Source: Eledone cirrhosa
Taxonomy: Eukaryota
NCBI GenBank assembly: GCA_964016885.1
Contig: OZ024743.1
Location: 249,178,001-249,242,000, forward strand
Direction: 5' to 3'
DNA length: 64,000 nt
Part shown: positions 45,401 through 59,499 of the stretch, piece after piece
How the letters are laid out: every line of letters begins with the position of its first letter
Position numbering within the stretch: position 1 is the first letter of the stretch
Program-made: the position numbers and the translations under genes
Notes under the pieces: generated by a model
Told to the model about the DNA's origin: nothing
Seen by the model: the letters and a program-made list of their open reading frames with translations, nothing else
Database searches by the model: none

Positions 45401-48400
45401 GGCAAGAGTGATGTGTTAATTACATAGACAACAGTAATATGTTAACTACATAGACAACAGTAAAGTGTCAACTACATACGCAACAGTAATGTGTTAACTA
45501 CATAGGCAACTATAATATGTTAACTACATAGAGAACAGTAATATGTTAACTACATAGACAACAGTAATGTGTTAACTACATAGACAACAGTAATGTGTTA
45601 ACTACATAGGCAACAATAATGTGTTAACTACATAGGCAACAATAATGTGTTAACTACATAGACAACAGTAATGAGTTAACTACATAGGCAACTGTAATAT
45701 ATTAACTACATAGACAACAGTAATGTGTTAACTACATAGACAACAGTAATATGTTAACTACATAGACAACAGTAATATGTTAACTACATAGACAACAGTA
45801 ATATGCTAACTACATAGGCAACAGTAATGTGATGGCTATATAGGCATAAGTAATGTGTTACCTACATAGACAACTGTAATGTGTTAACTACATAGACAAC
45901 AGTAATATGTTAACTACATAGGCAACAATAATGTGTTAACTACATAGACACAGGAATGTGTTAACTACATAGGCAACAGTAATATGTTAACTACATAGGC
46001 AACAGTAAAGTGTTAACTACATAGGCAACAGTAATATATTAACTACATAGACAACAGTAATGTTCTAAGTACATAGACAACAGTAATGTTTGAAGTACAT
46101 AGACAGCTGTAATGTGTTAACTACATAGGCAACAGTAATGTGTTAACTACATATACAACAGTAATATGTTGACTACATAGACAACAGTAATATGTTAACT
46201 ACATAGACAACAGTAATGTGTTGACTCCATAGGCAACAGTAATGTATTACCTACATAGACAACTGTAATGTGTTAACTACATAGGCAACAGTAATGTGTT
46301 AACTACATAGACAGCTGTAATGTGTTAACTACATAGGCAACAGTAATGTGTTAACTACATATACAACAGTAATATGTTGACTACATAGACAACTGTAATG
46401 TGTTAACTACATAGGCAACAGTAATGTGTTAACTACATAGACAACTGTAATGTGTTAACTACATAGGCAACAGTAATGTGTTAACTGCATAGGCAACTGT
46501 AATATATTAACTACATAGACAACAGTAATATGTTAACTACATAGAAAACTGTAATGTGTTAACTACATAGGCAACAGTAATGTGTTAACTGCATAGGCAA
46601 CTGTAATATATTAACTACATAGACAACAGTAATATGTTAACTACATAGAAAACTGTAATGTGTTAACTACATAGGCAACAGTAATGTGTTAACTACATAG
46701 ACAACAGTAATATGTTAACTACATAGGCAACAATAATGTGTTAACTACATAGACACAGTAATGTGTTAACTACATAGGCAACAGTAATATGTTAACTACA
46801 TAGACAACAGTAAAGTGTTAACTACATAGGCAACAGTAAAGTGTTAACTACATAGGCAACAGTAATATATTAACTACATAGACAACAGTAATGTGTTAAG
46901 TACATAGACAACAGTAATGTGTGAAGTACATAGGCAACAGTAATGTGTTAACTACATAGACAACAGTAAAGTGTTAACTACATAGTCAACAGTAATGTGT
47001 TAACTACATAGGCAACAGTAATGTGATGTCTATATAGGCAACAGTAATGTGTGAAGTACATAGACAACAGTAATGTGTTAACTACATAGACAACAGTAAT
47101 ATGTTAACTACATAGACAACAGTAATATGTTAACTACATGGACAACAGTAATGTGTTAACTACATAGAAAACTGTAACGTGTTAACTACATAGGCAACAG
47201 TAATGTGTTAACTACATAGACAACAGTAATATGTTAAGTACATAGGCAACAATAATGTGTTAACTACATAGACACAGTAATGTGTTAACTACATAGGCAA
47301 CAGTAATATGTTAACTACATAGGCAACAGTAAAGTGTTAACTACATAGGCAACAGTAATATGTTACCTACATAGACAACAGTAATGTGTTAAGTACATAG
47401 ACAACAGTAATGTGTGAAGTACATAGACAACAGTAATGTGTAAACCACATAGGCAACAGTAATGTATTAACTACAAAGACAACAGTAATGTGTTAACTAC
47501 ATAGGCAACAGTAATGTGATGTCTATATAGGCAATAGTAATGTGTTAACTACATAGACAACAGTAAAGTGTTAACTACATAGACAACAGTAATATGTTAA
47601 CTACATAGACAACAGTAATATGTTAACTACATAGACAACAGTAATGTGTTAACTACATAGGCAACTGTAATATGTTAACTACATAGACAACAGTAAAGTG
47701 TTAACTACATAGACAACAGTAATATGTTAACTACATAGACAACAGTAATATGTTAACTACATAGGCAACAGTAATGTGTTAACTACATAGGCAACAGTAA
47801 TGTGTTAACTACATAGACAACAGTAATGTGTTAACTACATACGCAACAGTAATGTGTTAACTACATAGACAACAGTAAAGCGTTAACTACATACACAACA
47901 GTAATGTGTTAACTACATAGACAACAGTAAAGTGTTAACTACATCGACAACAGTAATATGTTAACTACATAGACAGCAGTAATATGTTAACTACATAGAC
48001 AACAGTAATATGTTAACTACATAGGCAACAGTAATGTGTTAACTACATAGGCAACAGTAAAGTGTTAACTACATAGGCAACAGTAATGTGTTAACTACAT
48101 AGACAACTGTAATGTGTTAACTACATAGACAACAGTAATATGTTAACTACATATGCAACTATAATATGTTAACTACATGGACAACTGTAATGTGTTAACT
48201 ACATAGACAACAGTAATATGTTAACTACATATGCAACTATAATATGTTAACTACATAGACAACAGTAAAGTGTTAACTACATAGGCAACAGTAATGTGTT
48301 AACTACATAGGCAACAGTGATGTGTTAACTACAAACACAACAGTAATATGTTAACTACATAGACAACAGTAAGGTGTTAACTACATACGCAACAGTAATG

Positions 48401-51400
48401 TGTTAACTACATAGGCAACAGTAATGTGTTAACTACATATGCAACTATAATATGTTAACTACATAGACAACTGTAATATGTTAACTACATAGACAACAGT
48501 AATGAGTTAACTACATAGGCAACTGTAATATGTTAACTACATAGACAACAGTAATGTGTTAACTACATAGACAACAGTAATATGTTAACTACATAGACAA
48601 CAGTAATATGTTAACTACATAGACAACAGTAATATGTTAACTACATAGGCAACAGTAATGTGATGTCTATATAGGCATAAGTAATGTGTTAACTACATAG
48701 ACAACAGTAATGTGTTAACTACATAGGCAACAGTAAAGTGTTAACTACATAGGCAACAGTAATGTGTTAACTACATAGACAACAGTAATATGTTAACTAT
48801 ATAGACAACAGTAATGTGTTAACTACATAGACAACAGTAATGTGTTAACTACATAGGCAACAGTAATGTGTTAACTACATAGGCAACAGTGATGTGTTAA
48901 GTACATAGACAACAGTAATATGTTAACTACATAGACAACAGTAATGTGTTGACTCCATGGGCGACAGTAATGTGTTACCTACATAGACAACTGTAATGTG
49001 TTAACTACATAGACAACAGTAATATGTTAACTACATAGACAACTGTAATGTGTTAACTACATAGGCAACAGTAATGTGTTAACTACATAGACAGCTGTAA
49101 TGTGTTAACTACATAGACAACAGTAATATGTTGACTACATAGACAACAGTAATGTGTTAACTACATAGACAACTGTAATGTGTTAACTACATAGGCAACA
49201 GTAATGTGTTAACTATATATACAACAGTAATATGTTGACTACATAGACAACTGTAATGTGTTAACTACATAGGCAACAGTAATGTGTTAACTACATAGGC
49301 AACTGTAATATATTAACTACATAGAAAACAGTAATATGTTAACTACATAGACAACAGTAATGTGTTAGCTACATAGGCAACGGTAATGGGTTAACTACAT
49401 AGACAACAGTAATGTGTTAACTACATAGGCAACAGTAAAGTGTTAACTACATAGGAAACAGTAATGTGTTAACTACATAGGCAACAATAATGTTTTAACT
49501 ACATAGATAACAGTAATGAGTTAACTACATAGGCAACTGTAATATGTTAACTACATAGACAACAGTAATATGTTAACTACATAGACAACAGTAATATGTT
49601 AACTACATAGACAACAGTAATATGTTAACTACATAGGCAACAGTAATGTGATGTCTATATAGGCATAAGTAATGTGTTAACTACATAGGCAATAGTAAAG
49701 TGTTAACTACATAGGCAACAGTAATGTGTTAACTACATAGACAACAGTAATATGTAAACTACATAGGCAACAGTAATGTGTTAACTACATAGGCAACAGT
49801 AAAGTGTTAACTACATAGGCAACAGTAAAGTGTTAACTACATAGGCAACAGTAATGTGTTAACTACATAGGCAACAGTAATGTGTTAACTACATAGACAA
49901 CAATAATGTGTTAACTACATAGGCAACAGTATTGTGTTAACTACATAGACAACAGTAAAGCGTTAACTACATAGACAACAGTAATGTGTTAACTACATAG
50001 ACAACAGTAAAGTGTTAACTACATCGACAACAGTAATATGTTAACTACATAGACAGCAGTAATATGTTAACTACATAGACAACAGTAATATGTTAACTAC
50101 ATAGGCAACAGTAATGTGATGTCTATATAGGCATAAGTAATGTCTTAACTACATAGACAACAGTAATGTGTTAACTACATAGACAACAGTAATGTGTTAA
50201 CTACATAGGCAACAGTAAAGTGTTAACTACATAGGCAACAGTAATGTGTTAACTACATAGACAACTGTAATGTGTTAACTACATAGACAACTGTAATGTG
50301 TTAACTACATAGACAACAGTAATATGTTAACTACATATGCAACTATAATATGTTAACTACATGGACAACTGTAATGTGTTAACTACATAGACAACAGTAA
50401 TATGTTAACTACATATGCAACTATAATATGTTAACTACATAGACAACAGTAAAGTGTTAACTACATAGGCAACAGTAATGTGTTAACTACATAGGCAACA
50501 GTGATGTGTTAACTACAAACACAACAGTAATATGTTAACTACATAGACAACAGTAAGGTGTTAACTACATACGCAACAGTAATGTGTTAACTACATAGGC
50601 AACAGTAATATGTTAACTACATAGGCAACAGTAATGTGATGTCTATATAGGCATAAGTAATGTGTTAACTACATAGACAACAGTAATGTGTTAACTACAT
50701 GGACAACAGTAATGTGTTAACTACATAAGCAACAGTAAAGTGTTAACTACATAGGCAACAGTAATGTGTTAACTACATAGAGAACAGTAATATGTTAACT
50801 ACATAGGCAACAGTGATGTGTTAACTACATAGACAACAGTAATATGTTAACTACATAGACAACTGTAATGTGTTAACTACATAGACAACTGTAATGTGTT
50901 AACTACATAGACAACAGTAATATGTTAACTACATAGACAACAGTAAAGTGTTAACTACATAGGCAACAGTAATGTGTTAACTACATAGGCAAGAGTGATG
51001 TGTTAACTACATAGACAACAGTAATATGTTAACTACATAGACAACAGTAAAGTGTCAACTACATACGCAACAGTAATGTGTTAACTACATAGGCAACTAT
51101 AATATGTTAACTACATAGAGAACAGTAATATGTTAACTACATAGACAACAGTAATGTGTTAACTACATAGACAACAGTAATGTGTTAACTACATAGGCAA
51201 CAGTAATGTGTTAACTACATAGGCAACAATAATGTGTTAACTACATAGACAACAGTAATGAGTTAACTACATAGGCAACTGTAATATATTAACTACATAG
51301 ACAACAGTAATGTGTTAACTACATAGACAACAGTAATATGTTAACTACATAGACAACAGTAATATGTTAACTACATAGACAACAGTAATATGCTAACTAC

Positions 51401-54400
51401 ATAGGCAACAGTAATGTGATGGCTATATAGGCATAAGTAATGTGTTACCTACATAGACAACTGTAATGTGTTAACTACATAGACAACAGTAATATGTTAA
51501 CTACATAGGCAACAATAATGTGTTAACTACATAGACACAGGAATGTGTTAACTACATAGGCAACAGTAATATGTTAACTACATAGGCAACAGTAAAGTGT
51601 TAACTACATAGGCAACAGTAATATATTAACTACATAGACAACAGTAATGTTCTAAGTACATAGACAACAGTAATGTTTGAAGTACATAGACAGCTGTAAT
51701 GTGTTAACTACATAGGCAACAGTAATGTGTTAACTACATATACAACAGTAATATGTTGACTACATAGACAACAGTAATATGTTAACTACATAGACAACAG
51801 TAATGTGTTGACTCCATAGGCAACAGTAATGTATTACCTACATAGACAACTGTAATGTGTTAACTACATAGGCAACAGTAATGTGTTAACTACATAGACA
51901 GCTGTAATGTGTTAACTACATAGGCAACAGTAATGTGTTAACTACATATACAACAGTAATATGTTGACTACATAGACAACTGTAATGTGTTAACTACATA
52001 GGCAACAGTAATGTGTTAACTACATAGACAACTGTAATGTGTTAACTACATAGGCAACAGTAATGTGTTAACTGCATAGGCAACTGTAATATATTAACTA
52101 CATAGACAACAGTAATATGTTAACTACATAGAAAACTGTAATGTGTTAACTACATAGGCAACAGTAATGTGTTAACTGCATAGGCAACTGTAATATATTA
52201 ACTACATAGACAACAGTAATATGTTAACTACATAGAAAACTGTAATGTGTTAACTACATAGGCAACAGTAATGTGTTAACTACATAGACAACAGTAATAT
52301 GTTAACTACATAGGCAACAATAATGTGTTAACTACATAGACACAGTAATGTGTTAACTACATAGGCAACAGTAATATGTTAACTACATAGACAACAGTAA
52401 AGTGTTAACTACATAGGCAACAGTAAAGTGTTAACTACATAGGCAACAGTAATATATTAACTACATAGACAACAGTAATGTGTTAAGTACATAGACAACA
52501 GTAATGTGTGAAGTACATAGGCAACAGTAATGTGTTAACTACATAGACAACAGTAAAGTGTTAACTACATAGTCAACAGTAATGTGTTAACTACATAGGC
52601 AACAGTAATGTGATGTCTATATAGGCAACAGTAATGTGTGAAGTACATAGACAACAGTAATGTGTTAACTACATAGACAACAGTAATATGTTAACTACAT
52701 AGACAACAGTAATATGTTAACTACATGGACAACAGTAATGTGTTAACTACATAGAAAACTGTAACGTGTTAACTACATAGGCAACAGTAATGTGTTAACT
52801 ACATAGACAACAGTAATATGTTAAGTACATAGGCAACAATAATGTGTTAACTACATAGACACAGTAATGTGTTAACTACATAGGCAACAGTAATATGTTA
52901 ACTACATAGGCAACAGTAAAGTGTTAACTACATAGGCAACAGTAATATGTTACCTACATAGACAACAGTAATGTGTTAAGTACATAGACAACAGTAATGT
53001 GTGAAGTACATAGACAACAGTAATGTGTAAACCACATAGGCAACAGTAATGTATTAACTACAAAGACAACAGTAATGTGTTAACTACATAGGCAACAGTA
53101 ATGTGATGTCTATATAGGCAATAGTAATGTGTTAACTACATAGACAACAGTAAAGTGTTAACTACATAGACAACAGTAATATGTTAACTACATAGACAAC
53201 AGTAATATGTTAACTACATAGACAACAGTAATGTGTTAACTACATAGGCAACTGTAATATGTTAACTACATAGACAACAGTAAAGTGTTAACTACATAGA
53301 CAACAGTAATATGTTAACTACATAGACAACAGTAATATGTTAACTACATAGGCAACAGTAATGTGTTAACTACATAGGCAACAGTAATGTGTTAACTACA
53401 TAGACAACAGTAATGTGTTAACTACATACGCAACAGTAATGTGTTAACTACATAGACAACAGTAAAGCGTTAACTACATACACAACAGTAATGTGTTAAC
53501 TACATAGACAACAGTAAAGTGTTAACTACATCGACAACAGTAATATGTTAACTACATAGGCAACAGTAATGTGATGTCTATATAGGCATAAGTAATATGT
53601 TAACTACATAGACAACAGTAATGTGTTAACTACATAGACAACAGTAATGTGTTAACTACATAGAGAACAGTAATATGTTAACTACATAGGCAACAGTGAT
53701 GTGTTAACTACATAGACAACAGTAATATGTTAACTACACAGACTACAGTAATGTGTTAACTACATAGACAACAGTAATGTGTTAACTACATAGGCAACAG
53801 TAATGTGTTAACTACATAGGCAACAATAATGTTTTAACTACATAGATAACAGTAATGAGTTAACTACATAGGCAACTGTAATATGTTAACTACATAGACA
53901 ACAGTAATATGTTAACTACATAGACAACAGTAATATGTTAACTACATAGACAACAGTAATATGTTAACTACATAGGCAACAGTAATGTGATGTCTATATA
54001 GGCATAAGTAATGTGTTAACTACATAGGCAATAGTAAAGTGTTAACTACATAGGCAACAGTAATGTGTTAACTACATAGACAACAGTAATATGTAAACTA
54101 CATAGGCAACAGTAATGTGTTAACTACATAGGCAACAGTAAAGTGTTAACTACATAGGCAACAGTAAAGTGTTAACTACATAGGCAACAGTAATGTGTTA
54201 ACTACATAGGCAACAGTAATGTGTTAACTACATAGACAACAATAATGTGTTAACTACATAGGCAACAGTAATGTGTTAACTACATAGACAACAGTAAAGC
54301 GTTAACTACATAGACAACAGTAATGTGTTAACTACATAGACAACAGTAAAGTGTTAACTACATCGACAACAGTAATATGTTAACTACATAGACAGCAGTA

Positions 54401-57400
54401 ATATGTTAACTACATAGACAACAGTAATATGTTAACTACATAGGCAACAGTAATGTGATGTCTATATAGGCATAAGTAATGTCTTAACTACATAGACAAC
54501 AGTAATGTGTTAACTACATAGACAACAGTAATGTGTTAACTACATAGGCAACAGTAAAGTGTTAACTACATAGGCAACAGTAATGTGTTAACTACATAGA
54601 CAACTGTAATGTGTTAACTACATAGACAACTGTAATGTGTTAACTACATAGACAACAGTAATATGTTAACTACATATGCAACTATAATATGTTAACTACA
54701 TGGACAACTGTAATGTGTTAACTACATAGACAACAGTAATATGTTAACTACATATGCAACTATAATATGTTAACTACATAGACAACAGTAAAGTGTTAAC
54801 TACATAGGCAACAGTAATGTGTTAACTACATAGGCAACAGTGATGTGTTAACTACAAACACAACAGTAATATGTTAACTACATAGACAACAGTAAGGTGT
54901 TAACTACATACGCAACAGTAATGTGTTAACTACATAGGCAACAGTAATGTGTTAACTACATATGCAACTATAATATGTTAACTACATAGACAACTGTAAT
55001 ATGTTAACTACATAGACAACAGTAATGAGTTAACTACATAGGCAACTGTAATATGTTAACTACATAGACAACAGTAATGTGTTAACTACATAGACAACAG
55101 TAATATGTTAACTACATAGACAACAGTAATATGTTAACTACATAGACAACAGTAATATGTTAACTACATAGGCAACAGTAATGTGATGTCTATATAGGCA
55201 TAAGTAATGTGTTAACTACATAGACAACAGTAATGTGTTAACTACATAGGCAACAGTAAAGTGTTAACTACATAGGCAACAGTAATGTGTTAACTACATA
55301 GACAACAGTAATATGTTAACTATATAGACAACAGTAATGTGTTAACTACATAGACAACAGTAATGTGTTAACTACATAGGCAACAGTAATGTGTTAACTA
55401 CATAGGCAACAGTGATGTGTTAAGTACATAGACAACAGTAATATGTTAACTACATAGACAACAGTAATGTGTTGACTCCATGGGCGACAGTAATGTGTTA
55501 CCTACATAGACAACTGTAATGTGTTAACTACATAGACAACAGTAATATGTTAACTACATAGACAACTGTAATGTGTTAACTACATAGGCAACAGTAATGT
55601 GTTAACTACATAGACAGCTGTAATGTGTTAACTACATAGACAACAGTAATATGTTGACTACATAGACAACAGTAATGTGTTAACTACATAGACAACTGTA
55701 ATGTGTTAACTACATAGGCAACAGTAATGTGTTAACTATATATACAACAGTAATATGTTGACTACATAGACAACTGTAATGTGTTAACTACATAGGCAAC
55801 AGTAATGTGTTAACTACATAGGCAACTGTAATATATTAACTACATAGAAAACAGTAATATGTTAACTACATAGACAACAGTAATGTGTTAGCTACATAGG
55901 CAACGGTAATGGGTTAACTACATAGACAACAGTAATGTGTTAACTACATAGGCAACAGTAAAGTGTTAACTACATAGGAAACAGTAATGTGTTAACTACA
56001 TAGGCAACAATAATGTTTTAACTACATAGATAACAGTAATGAGTTAACTACATAGGCAACTGTAATATGTTAACTACATAGACAACAGTAATATGTTAAC
56101 TACATAGACAACAGTAATATGTTAACTACATAGACAACAGTAATATGTTAACTACATAGGCAACAGTAATGTGATGTCTATATAGGCATAAGTAATGTGT
56201 TAACTACATAGGCAATAGTAAAGTGTTAACTACATAGGCAACAGTAATGTGTTAACTACATAGACAACAGTAATATGTAAACTACATAGGCAACAGTAAT
56301 GTGTTAACTACATAGGCAACAGTAAAGTGTTAACTACATAGGCAACAGTAAAGTGTTAACTACATAGGCAACAGTAATGTGTTAACTACATAGGCAACAG
56401 TAATGTGTTAACTACATAGACAACAATAATGTGTTAACTACATAGGCAACAGTATTGTGTTAACTACATAGACAACAGTAAAGCGTTAACTACATAGACA
56501 ACAGTAATGTGTTAACTACATAGACAACAGTAAAGTGTTAACTACATCGACAACAGTAATATGTTAACTACATAGACAGCAGTAATATGTTAACTACATA
56601 GACAACAGTAATATGTTAACTACATAGGCAACAGTAATGTGATGTCTATATAGGCATAAGTAATGTCTTAACTACATAGACAACAGTAATGTGTTAACTA
56701 CATAGACAACAGTAATGTGTTAACTACATAGGCAACAGTAAAGTGTTAACTACATAGGCAACAGTAATGTGTTAACTACATAGACAACTGTAATGTGTTA
56801 ACTACATAGACAACTGTAATGTGTTAACTACATAGACAACAGTAATATGTTAACTACATATGCAACTATAATATGTTAACTACATGGACAACTGTAATGT
56901 GTTAACTACATAGACAACAGTAATATGTTAACTACATATGCAACTATAATATGTTAACTACATAGACAACAGTAAAGTGTTAACTACATAGGCAACAGTA
57001 ATGTGTTAACTACATAGGCAACAGTGATGTGTTAACTACAAACACAACAGTAATATGTTAACTACATAGACAACAGTAAGGTGTTAACTACATACGCAAC
57101 AGTAATGTGTTAACTACATAGGCAACAGTAATGTGTTAACTACATATGCAACTATAATATGTTAACTACATAGACAACTGTAATATGTTAACTACATAGA
57201 CAACAGTAATGAGTTAACTACATAGGCAACTGTAATATGTTAACTACATAGACAACAGTAATGTGTTAACTACATAGACAACAGTAATATGTTAACTACA
57301 TAGACAACAGTAATATGTTAACTACATAGACAACAGTAATATGTTAACTACATAGGCAACAGTAATGTGATGTCTATATAGGCATAAGTAATGTGTTAAC

Positions 57401-58130
57401 TACATAGACAACAGTAATGTGTTAACTACATAGGCAACAGTAAAGTGTTAACTACATAGGCAACAGTAATGTGTTAACTACATAGACAACAGTAATATGT
57501 TAACTATATAGACAACAGTAATGTGTTAACTACATAGACAACAGTAATGTGTTAACTACATAGGCAACAGTAATGTGTTAACTACATAGGCAACAGTGAT
57601 GTGTTAAGTACATAGACAACAGTAATATGTTAACTACATAGACAACAGTAATGTGTTGACTCCATGGGCGACAGTAATGTGTTACCTACATAGACAACTG
57701 TAATGTGTTAACTACATAGACAACAGTAATATGTTAACTACATAGACAACTGTAATGTGTTAACTACATAGGCAACAGTAATGTGTTAACTACATAGACA
57801 GCTGTAATGTGTTAACTACATAGACAACAGTAATATGTTGACTACATAGACAACATTAATGTGTTAACTACATAGACAACTGTAATGTGTTAACTACATA
57901 GGCAACAGTAATGTGTTAACTATATATACAACAGTAATATGTTGACTACATAGACAACTGTAATGTGTTAACTACATAGGCAACAGTAATGTGTTAACTA
58001 CATAGGCAACTGTAATATATTAACTACATAGAAAACAGTAATATGTTAACTACATAGACAACAGTAATGTGTTAGCTACATAGGCAACGGTAATGGGTTA
58101 ACTACATAGACAACAGTAATGTGTTAACTA
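39500..58130 (+). repeat. Higher-order repeat domain B (distinct variant family), interleaved with domain-A-type blocks at ~42.1-47.3 kb and ~50.6-53 kb
   Basis: Variants not seen in the left half: CATCGAC (~39655, 40539, 47944, 50024, 53531, 54363, 56547), ACTCCATGGGCGAC (~41654, 48955, 55478, 57662), CGGTAATGGGTT (GGG at 42113, 49388, 55911, 58095), ACAAACAC, TAAGGTG, ATGTCTTAAC. Confidence 0.85.
53800..58130 (+). repeat. Near-perfect tandem duplication, 2,184-bp unit (84 monomers) x2
   Basis: Constant offset of 2184 for four markers: GTTTT 53831/56015, GTCTTAAC 54481/56665, TGGGCG 55481/57665, GGG 55911/58095. Confidence 0.9.
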
Positions 58131-59499
58131 CATAGACAACTGTAATGTGTTAACTACATAGACAACAGTAATATGTTAACTACATAGACAACTGTAATGT
58201 GTTAACTACATAGGCAACAGTAATGTGTTAACTACATAGACAACTGTAATGTGTTAACTACATAGGCAACAGTAATGTGTTAACTACATAGACAACAGTA
58301 ATATGTTGACTACATAGACAACTGTAATGTGTTAACTACATAGGCAACAGTAATGTGTTAACTGCATAGGCAACTGTAATATATTAACTAGATAGACAAC
58401 AGTAATATGTTAACTACATAGGCAACAGTAATGTGTTAACTACACAGACAACAGTAACGTGTTAACTACATAGGCAACAGTAATGTGTTAACTACATAGA
58501 CAACAGTAAAGTGTTAACTACATAGGCAACAGTAATGTGATGTCTATATAGGCAATAGTAATGTGTTAACTACATAGACAACAGTAAAGTGTTAACTACA
58601 TAGACAACAGTAATATGTTAACTACATAGACAACAGTAATATGTTAACTACATAGACAACAGTAAAGTGTTAACTACATAGGCAACAGTAATACGTTAAC
58701 TACATAGACAACAGTAGTATGTTAACTACATAGGCAACTGTAATATGTTAACTATATAGACAACAGTAAAGTGTTAACTACATAGACAACAGTAATATGT
58801 TAACTACATAGACAACAGTAATATGTTAACTACATAGACAACAGTAGTATGTTAACTACATAGGCAACAGTAATGTGATGTCTATATAGGCATAAGTAAT
58901 GTGTTAACTACATAGACAACAGTAATGTGTTAACTACATAGGCAACAGTAATATGTTAACTACATGGGCAACAGTAAAGTGTTAACTAAATAGGCAACAT
59001 TAATATGTTAACTACATAGACAACAGTAATGTGTTAAGTACATAGACAACAGTAATGTGTGTAGTACATACACAACAGTAATGTGTTAACTACATAGGCA
59101 ACAGTAATATGTTAACTACATAGGCAACTGTAATATGTTAACTACATAGACAACAGTAAAGTGTTAACTACATAGACAACAGTAATATGTTAACTACATA
59201 GACAACAGTAATATGTTAACTACATAGACAACAGTAATATGTTAACTACATAGGCAACAGTAATGTGATGTCTATATAGGCATAAGTAATGTGTTAACTA
59301 CATAGGCAACAGTAAAGTGTTAACTACATAGGCAACAGTAATGTGTTAACTACATAGAGAACAGTAATATGTTAACTACATAGACAACAGTAATGTGTTA
59401 ACTACATAGACAACAGTAATGTGTTAACTACATAGACAACAGTAATGTGTTAACTACATAGACAACAGTAATGTGTTAACTACATAGGCAACAGTAAAG

